A stretch of DNA of 32,000 bases from Candidatus Brocadia sp. (lineage in GTDB: Bacteria > Planctomycetota > Brocadiia > Brocadiales > Brocadiaceae), in contig CP091279.1 in the NCBI GenBank assembly GCA_021650915.1, forward strand, positions 420,001-452,000, written 5' to 3'. How positions within the stretch are numbered: the stretch's first letter is position 1; every line of letters begins with the position of its first letter. This document shows, piece by piece, positions 9,740 through 17,809 of the stretch. The notes beneath the pieces were generated by a model. The model searched no databases. It had not been told where the DNA came from and saw nothing but the letters and a program-made list of their open reading frames with translations. Made by a program: the position numbers and the translations under genes.

Positions 9740-10345
9740 ATGGAAGTCATTACCAAGAAACGCTTGATCCTGGCATCAACTTCTCCCCGTAGGATCGCTT
9801 TGCTTAAACTGTTAGGATACCGCTTTGATATTATACCGCATAGCATAGATGAATATATTCCTGACGATGCTACGCCGGAGGAAGTGGTTCTGAATCTTGC
9901 GTTTATGAAGGCACATGATGTTGCCGGAAGAGTCGAGGACGCCATAATTATCGGAGCCGACACCCTCGTATATCATAAAAAGGGTATTATCGGGAAACCA
10001 AAAGACATTCGTGATGCAAAAAAAATCCTTTCCCTGCTGAGTAATTCTGCACACAGTATTTTTACCGGGGTGTGCATTATAGACAAACCTTCGCAAAAGA
10101 AATTGTTGCGGAATGAACGAACACAGATTACAATGAAGCATATTCCTGAAGAAGAACTGGAAGCATATGTTCAGTCTGGCGAACCAATGGATAAGGCGGG
10201 AGCTTATGCTATTCAGGGTGAAGGGGAAAAATTTATTAAACAAATCACTGGTAGCTACTCAAATGCGGTTGGTCTGCCATTGGGGCTTGTTCAGGAAATG
10301 CTCAATAAATTTAACTATCATAATGAAGATGCCGAGAAATTTTAG
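9740..10345 (+). CDS. maf: Maf-like nucleoside triphosphate pyrophosphatase (septum formation inhibitor family)
   Basis: LILAS.SPRR..LL..LG..F.I.....DE, GADT.V, KP and AGAY.IQG motifs. Start moved to ATG 9740 because the track start at 9689 lies inside the terminator hairpin. Confidence 0.9.
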   Translation: MEVITKKRLILASTSPRRIALLKLLGYRFDIIPHSIDEYIPDDATPEEVVLNLAFMKAHDVAGRVEDAIIIGADTLVYHKKGIIGKPKDIRDAKKILSLLSNSAHSIFTGVCIIDKPSQKKLLRNERTQITMKHIPEEELEAYVQSGEPMDKAGAYAIQGEGEKFIKQITGSYSNAVGLPLGLVQEMLNKFNYHNEDAEKF

Positions 10346-10790
10346 TTGGGTAATCGAAGATGAAATAGCTGGTATGGCGAGACCCATATCCTTGGTGTCG
10401 GATCTTGAATTTCTCAAAGACAACGGAATCGAAGCGATTGTATCTTTAACCGAAGTGCCGCTGCCGATAACGTTCATCGAAGAATTTGGCTTCGAGTACA
10501 AACATATTCCTGTTGCTGATCTCACCTCACCAACGCAAAGCCAAATTGATGAGTTTGTGACCTTCGTTAATGATCTGATCTCTTCTAAGAAAAAGACCGT
10601 TGTTCATTGTGATGCCGGGATCGGAAGGACAGGCACAATGTTGGCTTGTTATCTGGTAAGCAAGGGTCATACCGCTCAAAAGGCGATGATCGAAGTGCGC
10701 AAGAGGAGGCCAGGATCTATTGAGACCAGGGAACAGGAATACACGATCGTAAAATACGAAGAGAGGCTTTTAAAAAGACGCAGAGGGTAG
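10323..10790 (+). CDS. dual-specificity / Cys-based protein phosphatase (CX5R)
   Basis: Active-site loop VHCDAGIGRTGT (HCX5R-T). Start taken at MKMPRNFSW (10323, or 10329). The long track extension from 10167 is out of frame with, and buried inside, maf. Overlaps the maf 3' end by about 20 nt. Confidence 0.8.
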   Translation: MKMPRNFSWVIEDEIAGMARPISLVSDLEFLKDNGIEAIVSLTEVPLPITFIEEFGFEYKHIPVADLTSPTQSQIDEFVTFVNDLISSKKKTVVHCDAGIGRTGTMLACYLVSKGHTAQKAMIEVRKRRPGSIETREQEYTIVKYEERLLKRRRG

Positions 10791-10845
10791 CAGCTCCGTT
10801 ATTGCCTGAAAAACATGATGTTTGGTAAAACAATGACCATACCCC

Positions 10846-11679
10846 TTATTCTGTGCAACGCGTCTCTTTTTCCTTGAGATGACACCTTGCTGGATTCCTG
10901 ATGGAGTGCTCATAAGCAACAAGAGCAGCACCAAGGGCTGTCGTGATTTGCGGATCAGGTGGAATAGAGATTCCTGTTTCCAATTCCCGTTCCAGTGCAC
11001 TTTTCAATCCAGTATTGAATGCTGGTCCGCCGTCAAAGAACACTGCCTCTTTTACGCCGATTTTTTTGACCATGGCTCCTACCCGTTTGGCAATCGATTG
11101 ATGAATACCAGCAATAATATCCTCCACCTTTTTTCCTTGGGAAAGGAGTGAAATGACCTCCGACTCGCCAAAAACGGTGCACAAACTATTGATGTGCGGT
11201 ATATTTTCGGCCCGTTCCGACAAGATGCCCAGCTCATCCAGTTCCACTTCAAGGATACGACTCATAACCTCAAGGAATCGTCCTGTCCCGGCGGCGCATT
11301 TGTCGTTCATAGCAAAGTCCGTCATGATACCGCGATCATCGAGGGCAATGACCTTGCAGTCCTGTCCACCAATGTTAATAATAGTTCTTACGTTTGCTTT
11401 ATCGCGCATGAGCCACGTAGCGGCCTTCGCATTTGCCGTAATTTCAGTGATAATTTCGTTGGCTGGCACAATCCTGCGGCCGTAGCCGGTAGCCACGCTG
11501 TATTGGATTTCGTCCTCTCGTAAACCATAATCTTCGACCAATTCTTCAAGCAGGAGTTTAACCGTTCTCTTGCAATTCGTTCCGGTTGAAGATGTCTTTG
11601 ATCCAAGAAAAGTCAGTCCACGCAGGAGCACTACCTTTGTGGTTGTTGAGCCAATGTCTATTCCCGCCACTATTTTCAT
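10846..11679 (-). CDS. BadF/BadG/BcrA/BcrD-type ATPase; 2-hydroxyacyl-CoA dehydratase / benzoyl-CoA reductase-type activase (HgdC-like)
   Basis: N-terminus MKIVAGIDIGSTTTKVVLL (ASKHA phosphate-1). Carries the two cluster-bridging Cys contexts NDKCAAGTGRFLE and LCTVFGESEVISL. Start set at Met36 of the track ORF, because the extension to 11784 reads into intron-derived sequence. Confidence 0.88.
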   Translation of the reverse strand: MKIVAGIDIGSTTTKVVLLRGLTFLGSKTSSTGTNCKRTVKLLLEELVEDYGLREDEIQYSVATGYGRRIVPANEIITEITANAKAATWLMRDKANVRTIINIGGQDCKVIALDDRGIMTDFAMNDKCAAGTGRFLEVMSRILEVELDELGILSERAENIPHINSLCTVFGESEVISLLSQGKKVEDIIAGIHQSIAKRVGAMVKKIGVKEAVFFDGGPAFNTGLKSALERELETGISIPPDPQITTALGAALVAYEHSIRNPARCHLKEKETRCTE

Positions 11680-11729
11680 AGCATATAATAGTACCTGTAA
11701 TAAGCATGCAAGACAAGGTAAAAGTCGTT

Positions 11730-11953
11730 GTGCGAGATAGGCGTGCCTTGAAGTATGGAATACCTGAGTGGTTGAAAATACCATCTCTGCGAGCCTAAGT
11801 CCTCGTAGAGAAGTTTGTACCTATGCGTATACAAAGGAGCAATCCGTGTGCGTAGAAGGATAGCGTATTCCCGTGAGGGGTATGACGGAGTTACGAGGTA
11901 CAGACGACCTTTTGGGGTGCATGAGTATGGCGTATTAGTTCGTGCCGACTGCC
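11730..11953 (+). mobile_element. group II intron 5'-end fragment (first 224 nt, + orientation)
   Basis: Begins GTGCGAGATAGG (GUGYG consensus). Positions 11741-11953 are the reverse complement of 17597-17809, with 8 mismatches in 213 by my manual alignment. That partner segment is the 5' domain-I region of the full-length minus-strand intron. The fragment stops abruptly at ...GACTGCC. Confidence 0.8.
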
Positions 11954-12951
11954 AGCTGGTAGGAAGGAGGCGAATCGCCTCCAACCCCCAATCGTCGCCA
12001 GATACTTTGGACAACGTGACAAAGTATCCTTTTAAACCATACGGCTTTCCCGTAGTTAGCGACCCCATAGTGTTGCTCTGGAGCAGAGAAAAGTAAACTA
12101 TCATGCCTTTGCACGTGCCTTAAGAAATTCTCTTTCAAATGAGAGTAACCCCATCTTAAAGAATCGGTGTACCGGGAAACGTTTGTTGTCAGTTTTCCAT
12201 TTTCTCGAAAACTTGAAACTTCTCAGTCTCATGCGTACCCAGCAGTCTAACGAGCGATATACCGTTTGTACATTGCCCAGCCGAAAATAGTTGACATGTC
12301 CCCTTATGACAGGATTTAATGTATCAATGACGGCTTGCAGGTTGACGCCTTGTGTGCGTTTGGTGATGTCTCTAACGGCGTCCTTGAGTTTGTCCAGGGA
12401 TTTCATGCTTACACCCTTGTCCTTGCCCATGAAATTATATCCGAGAAACCGGAAGCCTCGTTTGAAGTTGGTGAGCCTGGTTTTATCCTCGCTCAGCTTC
12501 ATTTCAAGTTTCCCTTCGATGATTTCTTTGACGTACTGAAGGGCGGCAGGGAGTTCTTCTTTCGTTTTTATCATGACAACGAAGTCATCGGCATAGCGGA
12601 CAAATTTATATCCTGCCTTTTCAAGCTCCTTGTCGATGATGTCACCGATAAGGTTTGCAAGCAAGGGGGATATGACGCCTCCTTGCGGAGTGCCTTGATT
12701 TGTCTCGTGCACGATGCCGTCCTCCATGACCCCTGCCTTGAGCATGTTCTCGATACTGTTCAACACCCATCCGTCAGCGATTTTCTCACGCAAGGAGTTC
12801 ATGATAAGCTTATGAGGTATGGTGTCATAGAACGCCTTTATATCGGCGTCCAAAATGTTCCGATACCCTTGCTGCTTATACTGTTCAATCCGTTTGATAG
12901 CATCATGACAGCATCTGTTTGGACGAAATCCAAAGCTGTTATCCGAGAATT
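11954..12951 (-). mobile_element. group II intron 3' partial copy, tandem unit 1 (998 bp: 147-nt 3' RNA domains plus distal 2/3 of the RT ORF)
   Basis: Near-identical to 15807-16804. Starts AGCTGGTAGGAAGGAGGCGAATCGCCTCC and ends CCGAGAATT. Confidence 0.9.
12101..12951 (-). pseudogene. 5'-truncated group II intron RT/maturase (lacks RT domains 0-2)
   Basis: Reading frame colinear with residues about 106-388 of the 388-aa RT (YADD, X/maturase domain). The track ORF 12101-12853 starts at a Leu-to-Met change. There is no upstream RT N-terminus. Confidence 0.9.
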
Positions 12952-13051
12952 AGTTGGTAGGAAGGAGGCGAATCGCCTCCAACCCCCAATCGTCGCCAGA
13001 TACTTTGGACAACGTGACAAAGTATCCTTTTAACGGATGTTCACCTCAAGG

Positions 13052-13079
13052 CAAAAAACAAAAAGGCTGCGAAAGCCTT
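13052..13079 (-). terminator. hairpin plus U-run just inside the IS-A end, downstream of the transposase stop
   Basis: The minus strand reads AAGGCT-TTCGC-AGCCTT followed by TTTTGTTTTTTG. Confidence 0.55.
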
Positions 13080-13083
13080 AATT

Positions 13084-14738
13084 TTACTGGCTTATTTGTT
13101 GCCTGGTAAGTTTTTTTCTCGTGACTACCCGTAGGTTCCGGCTTGGCAATGCCTCCGGCAGCTTTACCTGCAATGCCTCTAACAATTCACGTGATTGTTG
13201 CCGTGGACGTGGTATCTTCTGGCAATGCGCCTTTTGACCCTTCACCTTCACTTCCACGGAACAAATGGTAGTCAATTGTTTGAGTCCTTCCTCTACCGTC
13301 AGATCAAAACTCTTCCACGCATCACGTAACCTTCGGATTATCAGGTACGCAAGCATTACCACAAACACATGCCCTTTTGTACTCTCTTCTTTCCTCACGT
13401 ATACAGGACGAACCTCAAGATTCACCGTCTTGCACCCCCGAAACACCTTCTCCACCTCTGACAAGTCCTTGTACCGGTCGTGCACCAGATCGGCATCCGC
13501 ATCGCCCTCCTTCAGATCGGTCTTGATTACATAACATCCATCAAGATACGATTCTTCCTTGAATGCTTCTTCATTGTTCTCAATCTTCAGCGCCCCGGCC
13601 TCGTCTTTTATCTGCACCCACCCCTCAAGCTTCAGCTTCCCGAGCTTCTCCTTCGCTGCCCCCAGCGCCTTCAATACCGATGCCTTCGGATGTTCTCTCA
13701 AATAACCATTCCTCTTCTCGACATATCTCTCCATACTCTGTAATTTTGACATGCGAGTCTTCGCCATCTCTTCTGCCCTTATCGGATTGCGTCTCAGAAT
13801 ATACCGAACCCCCTCACTCTTTATCTCGCAGAGCTTTTCTTCAAACAACCCTAACTGCAGAATCCCTTGTTTTATCAACGACTCGATCTGCGGCTTGGTT
13901 ATCGCCGTTATGTAATGAAACCCCTCCGGTAAACATTCGATTTGCATCGTCTTGATCATCCCCCGATCACCTACCATGGTCACCCCGGTGCACCCAAACC
14001 GTTCTGCCGTCTTCTTTACCTGAGACTCAAAGGTCTTTGGGTCCTGAGTATTGCCCCGAAAAACCTCCGTGGACACCGGCTCCCCAAATTCATCACACAG
14101 CATACCAATCACGATCTGCTTCTTCCCCTTCTTGCCGTCACGATTATACCCGTACTCACCAAAACGATTCTGCTCCCCTCCAGATAACTGCTCGTCACGT
14201 CATACAGAAACAGCTTCGGCTTCTTGCCTGCCCGTCTTGCCTCAAACAACGTTCGCTCTATCCTCGCCTGTTGCTCCGATAACCACGATAAATTATCGTA
14301 GAGATCATTCTCGTCGAACCCCCGCTTCATACCCAGCACATCACCCGCTGCATGCACATGCGCCAGCCGCACCGCCGAGAGTCTTGACCCCTGATTTATC
14401 ACCCGCGCCATTACCTGCCACAGCGCCAGTCTCCCTTGAAAATCCTTCCCCAACGCCTCCTCTATCCCTAATTCCTTTGCCACCTGGTACACACTCCAGA
14501 TCGCCCCCACGGACATCCCCTCCTGGAGTTCCACCGATCCTGACAATGCCCCCAATGCAGTGAGATCCTCTTTATGGCTGAGGGCAAGCTTTATCGCTTC
14601 TATCTCCCGCGATGTGCAGTTCGACAGATTTGCAATGGTACGCTTCCTGACCTTTCCGCCTTCCCGATACGATTCCCGCAAAAGAATGGAGCGATAGATT
14701 TTTTTGCCGGATTTTGATTTGTTTTCCACAATATGCAT
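13084..14738 (-). pseudogene. IS1634-family DDE transposase, split by a 1-nt frameshift
   Basis: The N-terminal ORF 14109-14738 ends ...YDVTSSYLEG. The C-terminal ORF 13084-14112 is in another frame. Slipping -1 at the G4 run (14175-14178) restores LEG-EQNRFGEYGYNRDGKKGKKQIVIGMLCDEFGEPV, the family-typical linker. Confidence 0.85.
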
Positions 14739-14955
14739 GTCTACTATAATATACTATATTATTCAACATTTCAAGCACATTATTGAATAATAACAATATA
14801 TTAGTGACTACATAATTGCAGACAAAACCACACTAACTACCAATATATTAAATACTTACGTGGTTTGCTTGGGGTGAACATCCGTTTTAAACCATACAGC
14901 TTTCCCGTAGTTAGCGACCCCATAGTGTTGCTCTGGAGCAGAGAAAAGTAAACTA

Positions 14956-15806
14956 TCATGCCTTCGCACGTGCCTTAAGAAATTCTCTTTCAAATGAGAG
15001 TAACCCCATCTTAAAGAATCGGTGTACCGGGAAACGTTTGTTGTCAGTTTTCCATTTTCTCGAAAACTTGAAACTTCTCAGTCTCATGCGTACCCAGCAG
15101 TCTAACGAGCGATATACCGTTTGTACATTGCCCAGCCGAAAATAGTTGACATGTCCCCTTATGACAGGATTTAATGTATCAATGACGGCTTGCAGATTGA
15201 CGCCTTGTGTGCGTTTGGTGATGTCTCTAACGGCGTCCTTGAGTTTGTCCAGGGATTTCATGCTTACACCCTTGTTCTTGCCCATGAAATTATATCCGAG
15301 AAACCGGAAGCCTCGTTTGAAGTTGGTGAGCCTGGTTTTATCCTCGCTCAGCTTCATTTCAAGTTTCCCTTCGATGATTTCTTTGACGTACTGAAGGGCG
15401 GTAGGGAGTTCTTCTTTTGTTTTAGTCATGACAACGAAGTCATCGGCATAGCGGACAAATTTATATCCTGCCTTTTCAAGCTCCTTGTCGATGATGTCAC
15501 CGATAAGGTTTGCAAGCAAGGGAGATATGACGCCTCCTTGCGGAGTGCCTTGATTTGTCTCGTGCACGATGCCGTTCTCCATGACCCCTGCCTTGAGCAT
15601 GTTCTCGATACTGTTCAACACCCATCCGTCAGCGATTTTCTCACGCAAGGAGTTCATGATAAGCTTATGAGGTATGGTGTCATAGAACGCCTTTATATCG
15701 GCGTCCAAAATGTTCCGATACCCTTGCTGCTTATACTGTTCAATCCGTTTGATAGCATCATGACAGCATCTGTTTGGACGAAATCCAAAGCTGTTATCCG
15801 AGAATT
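14956..15806 (-). pseudogene. 5'-truncated group II intron RT/maturase (second fragment)
   Basis: Same truncation point as 12101-12951. It differs from the other copies by a few scattered substitutions (D/N, I/T, A/T). Confidence 0.9.
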
Positions 15807-17809
15807 AGCTGGTAGGAAGGAGGCGAATCGCCTCCAACCCCCAATCGTCGCCAGATACTTTGGACAACGTGACAAAGTATCCTTTTAAACCATACGGCTT
15901 TCCCGTAGTTAGCGACCCCATAGTGTTGCTCTGGAGCAGAGAAAAGTAAACTATCATGCCTTTGCACGTGCCTTAAGAAATTCTCTTTCAAATGAGAGTA
16001 ACCCCATCTTAAAGAATCGGTGTACCGGGAAACGTTTGTTGTCAGTTTTCCATTTTCTCGAAAACTTGAAACTTCTCAGTCTCATGCGTACCCAGCAGTC
16101 TGACGAGCGATATACCGTTTGTACATTGCCCAGCCGAAAATAGTTGACATGTCCCCTTATGGCAGGATTTAATGTATCAATGACGGCTTGCAGGTTGACG
16201 CCTTGTGTGCGTTTGGTGATGTCTCTGACGGCGTCCTTGAGTTTGTCCAGGGATTTCATGCTTATACCCTTGTTCTTGCCCATGAAATTATATCCGAGAA
16301 ACCGGAAGCCTCGTTTGAAGTTGGTGAGCCTGGTTTTATCCTCGCTCAGCTTCATTTCAAGTTTCCCTTCGATGATTTCTTTGACGTACTGAAGGGCGGC
16401 AGGGAGTTCTTCTTTCGTTTTTATCATGACAACGAAGTCATCGGCATAGCGGACAAATTTATATCCTGCCTTTTCAAGCTCCTTGTCGATGATGTCACCG
16501 ATAAGGTTTGCAAGCAAGGGAGATATGACGCCTCCTTGCGGAGTGCCTTGATTTGTCTCATGCACGATGCCGTCCTCCATGACCCCTGCCTTGAGCATGT
16601 TCTCGATACTGTTCAACACCCATCCGTCAGCAATTTTCTCACGCAAGGAGTTCATGATAAGCTTGTGAGGTATGGTATCATAGAACGCCTTTATATCGGC
16701 GTCCAAAATGTTCCGATACCCTTGCTGCTTATACTGTTCAATCCGTTTGATAGCATCATGACAGCATCTGTTTGGACGAAATCCAAAGCTGTTATCCGAG
16801 AATTCTTTCTCGAATATTGGCTCTATGATTTGTCTGAACGCCTGCTGTACTACCCTGTCCTTGACAATGGGAATGCCAAGAGGTCTCTTGCCATGCCTGC
16901 CTTTGGGAATGTAGACCCTTAAGACGGGCGCAGGGTTGTATATGGCGGTTTTCAGTTCCTTGTGAATAGCTTGTAGATTATTCTCAAGGTCACTTTCAAA
17001 CTGCTTAATACTTACCCTGTCGAGACCAGCCTTGCCTTTATTCTTCTTTACGTGCCCAAAAGCCGCATAAAGGTTTCTCAGACTGAATACCTTGTCTCTT
17101 AAAGAATGATACTTAAGCATCTCCCGATATGTTCCTTTTGATTGATTCCGGATAATAGACTTGTCAATCGTGTTTCCTGAGTCGAGATTCCTCCTGACAG
17201 AGGCAAAACAAGAGAGGCTCTTGCTACTACTTGCCCATGCAAAGAGTCTCTTTTCTCATGGAACGTATTCAATCTACCACGTTTCATCAACTCCACTACG
17301 GTTATGCCCCTTCATTCCTGGTACACACCAGAAACTATTATGAGCACTGCTGACGACTTCAAAGACAGACCTGTGAGAGCCAGTCGTCTGTCACCATCTC
17401 ATACAGCTTGGATTTCGGATTTCCCTTATACCTCGCTGTTAGGGAATTTCTTCCCAAGACGTAAGTCCTCCCCCGGTCATATGAATTACCCCTTTTCCCT
17501 TCGTGATGTATGTTCAAACGCATTATCCAGAGATGTTTTCACCTGGTCTCTTTTGACATCTCCAACAAGGACATTGTCAGTGCTTCACTGAGAAAGGGCA
17601 GTTGGCACGAACTAACACGCCATACTCATACACCCCAAAAGGTCGTCTGTACCTCGTAACTCCGTCATACCCCTCACGGGAATACGCTATCCTTCTACGC
17701 ACACGGATTGCTCCTTTGTATACGCATAGGTACAAACTTCTCTACGAGGATTTAGGCTCGCAGAGGTGATATTTTCAACCACTTAGGTATCCCATACTTC
17801 AAGGCACGC
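15807..17809 (-). mobile_element. group II intron, only copy with complete ORF and domains I-IV (about 2.0 kb)
   Basis: Layout: 147-nt 3' region, ORF 15954-17120, then 689 nt of 5' structured region. In the minus-strand reading, the last nucleotides fold as a GC helix with a bulged A 7 nt from the end (...CCUUCCUACCAGCU). The 5' boundary abuts an IS-A fragment and lacks the GUGYG seen in the 11730 copy. Confidence 0.85.
15954..17120 (-). CDS. group II intron-encoded reverse transcriptase/maturase (388 aa, no endonuclease domain)
   Basis: Motifs NKGKAGLDRVS, RVYIPKGRHGKRPLGIP...DRVVQQA, SFGFRPNR, DADIKAFYDTI, GTPQGGVISPLLANL and YADDFVV, followed by a maturase X-like NP.IRGHVNYF. The ORF ends without HNH/En motifs. 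Confidence 0.95.
   Translation of the reverse strand: MLKYHSLRDKVFSLRNLYAAFGHVKKNKGKAGLDRVSIKQFESDLENNLQAIHKELKTAIYNPAPVLRVYIPKGRHGKRPLGIPIVKDRVVQQAFRQIIEPIFEKEFSDNSFGFRPNRCCHDAIKRIEQYKQQGYRNILDADIKAFYDTIPHKLIMNSLREKIADGWVLNSIENMLKAGVMEDGIVHETNQGTPQGGVISPLLANLIGDIIDKELEKAGYKFVRYADDFVVMIKTKEELPAALQYVKEIIEGKLEMKLSEDKTRLTNFKRGFRFLGYNFMGKNKGISMKSLDKLKDAVRDITKRTQGVNLQAVIDTLNPAIRGHVNYFRLGNVQTVYRSSDCWVRMRLRSFKFSRKWKTDNKRFPVHRFFKMGLLSFEREFLKARAKA

Larger units (their letters stand above)
13034..14884 (-). mobile_element. IS-A: IS1634-family (IS4-like) insertion sequence, 1851 bp
   Basis: Imperfect terminal IRs: CGGATGTTCACCTCAAGGCAAA (left) and, as reverse complement, CGGATGTTCACCCCAAGCAAA (right). 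Direct 6-bp TSD TTTTAA at 13028-13033 and 14885-14890. The uninterrupted target GTATCCTTTTAAACCATAC is visible in the other two intron units. Confidence 0.92.
12952..15806 (-). mobile_element. group II intron 3' partial copy, tandem unit 2, split by an IS insertion
   Basis: 12952-13033 plus 14891-15806 gives 998 bp colinear with units 1 and 3. The interruption sits 82 nt from the intron 3' end. Confidence 0.9.

Noticed and set aside
9047-11784. Longer N-terminal extensions offered by the track for L17 (9047), Maf (9689), the phosphatase (10167) and the activase (11784).
   Set aside because: The extensions overlap the preceding gene, a terminator hairpin, or intron-derived DNA. They also lack family homology. 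Internal Met codons reproduce the canonical N-termini.
11846-11852. GTGTGCG as the intron 5' splice site.
   Set aside because: Repeat homology between the two 5' copies continues about 105 nt further out and the flanks only diverge at 11730-11741, where a GTGCG is present. 11846 is therefore internal to domain I.
12335-13033. Long + strand ORFs (232-244 aa) antisense to the RT gene, present in all three intron units (also 15190-15888 and 16188-16922).
   Set aside because: They are exact mirror images of the RT frame. They carry no recognisable motifs, and their 'conservation' is simply the repeat identity. Their ends coincide with the repeat junctions, so they are shadow ORFs.
13081-13095. 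14-nt match ATTTTACTGGCTTA shared by IS-A (13081) and IS-C (about 23490).
   Set aside because: The orientation relative to the transposase is opposite in the two elements. A few chance 14-mers are expected in a 32-kb self-comparison.
14175-14178. Programmed -1 ribosomal frameshift in the IS-A transposase.
   Set aside because: There is no X-XXY-YYZ slippery heptamer and no obvious downstream structure. As far as I recall, IS1634-family transposases are normally single ORFs, so mutation or homopolymer miscall is more likely. I kept it only as part of the homopolymer finding.
14051-14563. 170-aa proline/serine-rich + strand ORF and neighbours (13563-13955, 14037-14282) over IS-A.
   Set aside because: They are antisense to a clearly homologous IS1634-type transposase. 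The strand is strongly pyrimidine-rich, which suppresses stops, and the sequence is low-complexity with no start context.
11954-16804. Diversity-generating retroelement (template/variable repeat pair) as an explanation for the repeated RT-associated segments.
   Set aside because: The RT has group II intron motifs and a maturase X domain. The repeats are 1 kb long and include the RT gene itself. The few differences between units are not adenine-specific.
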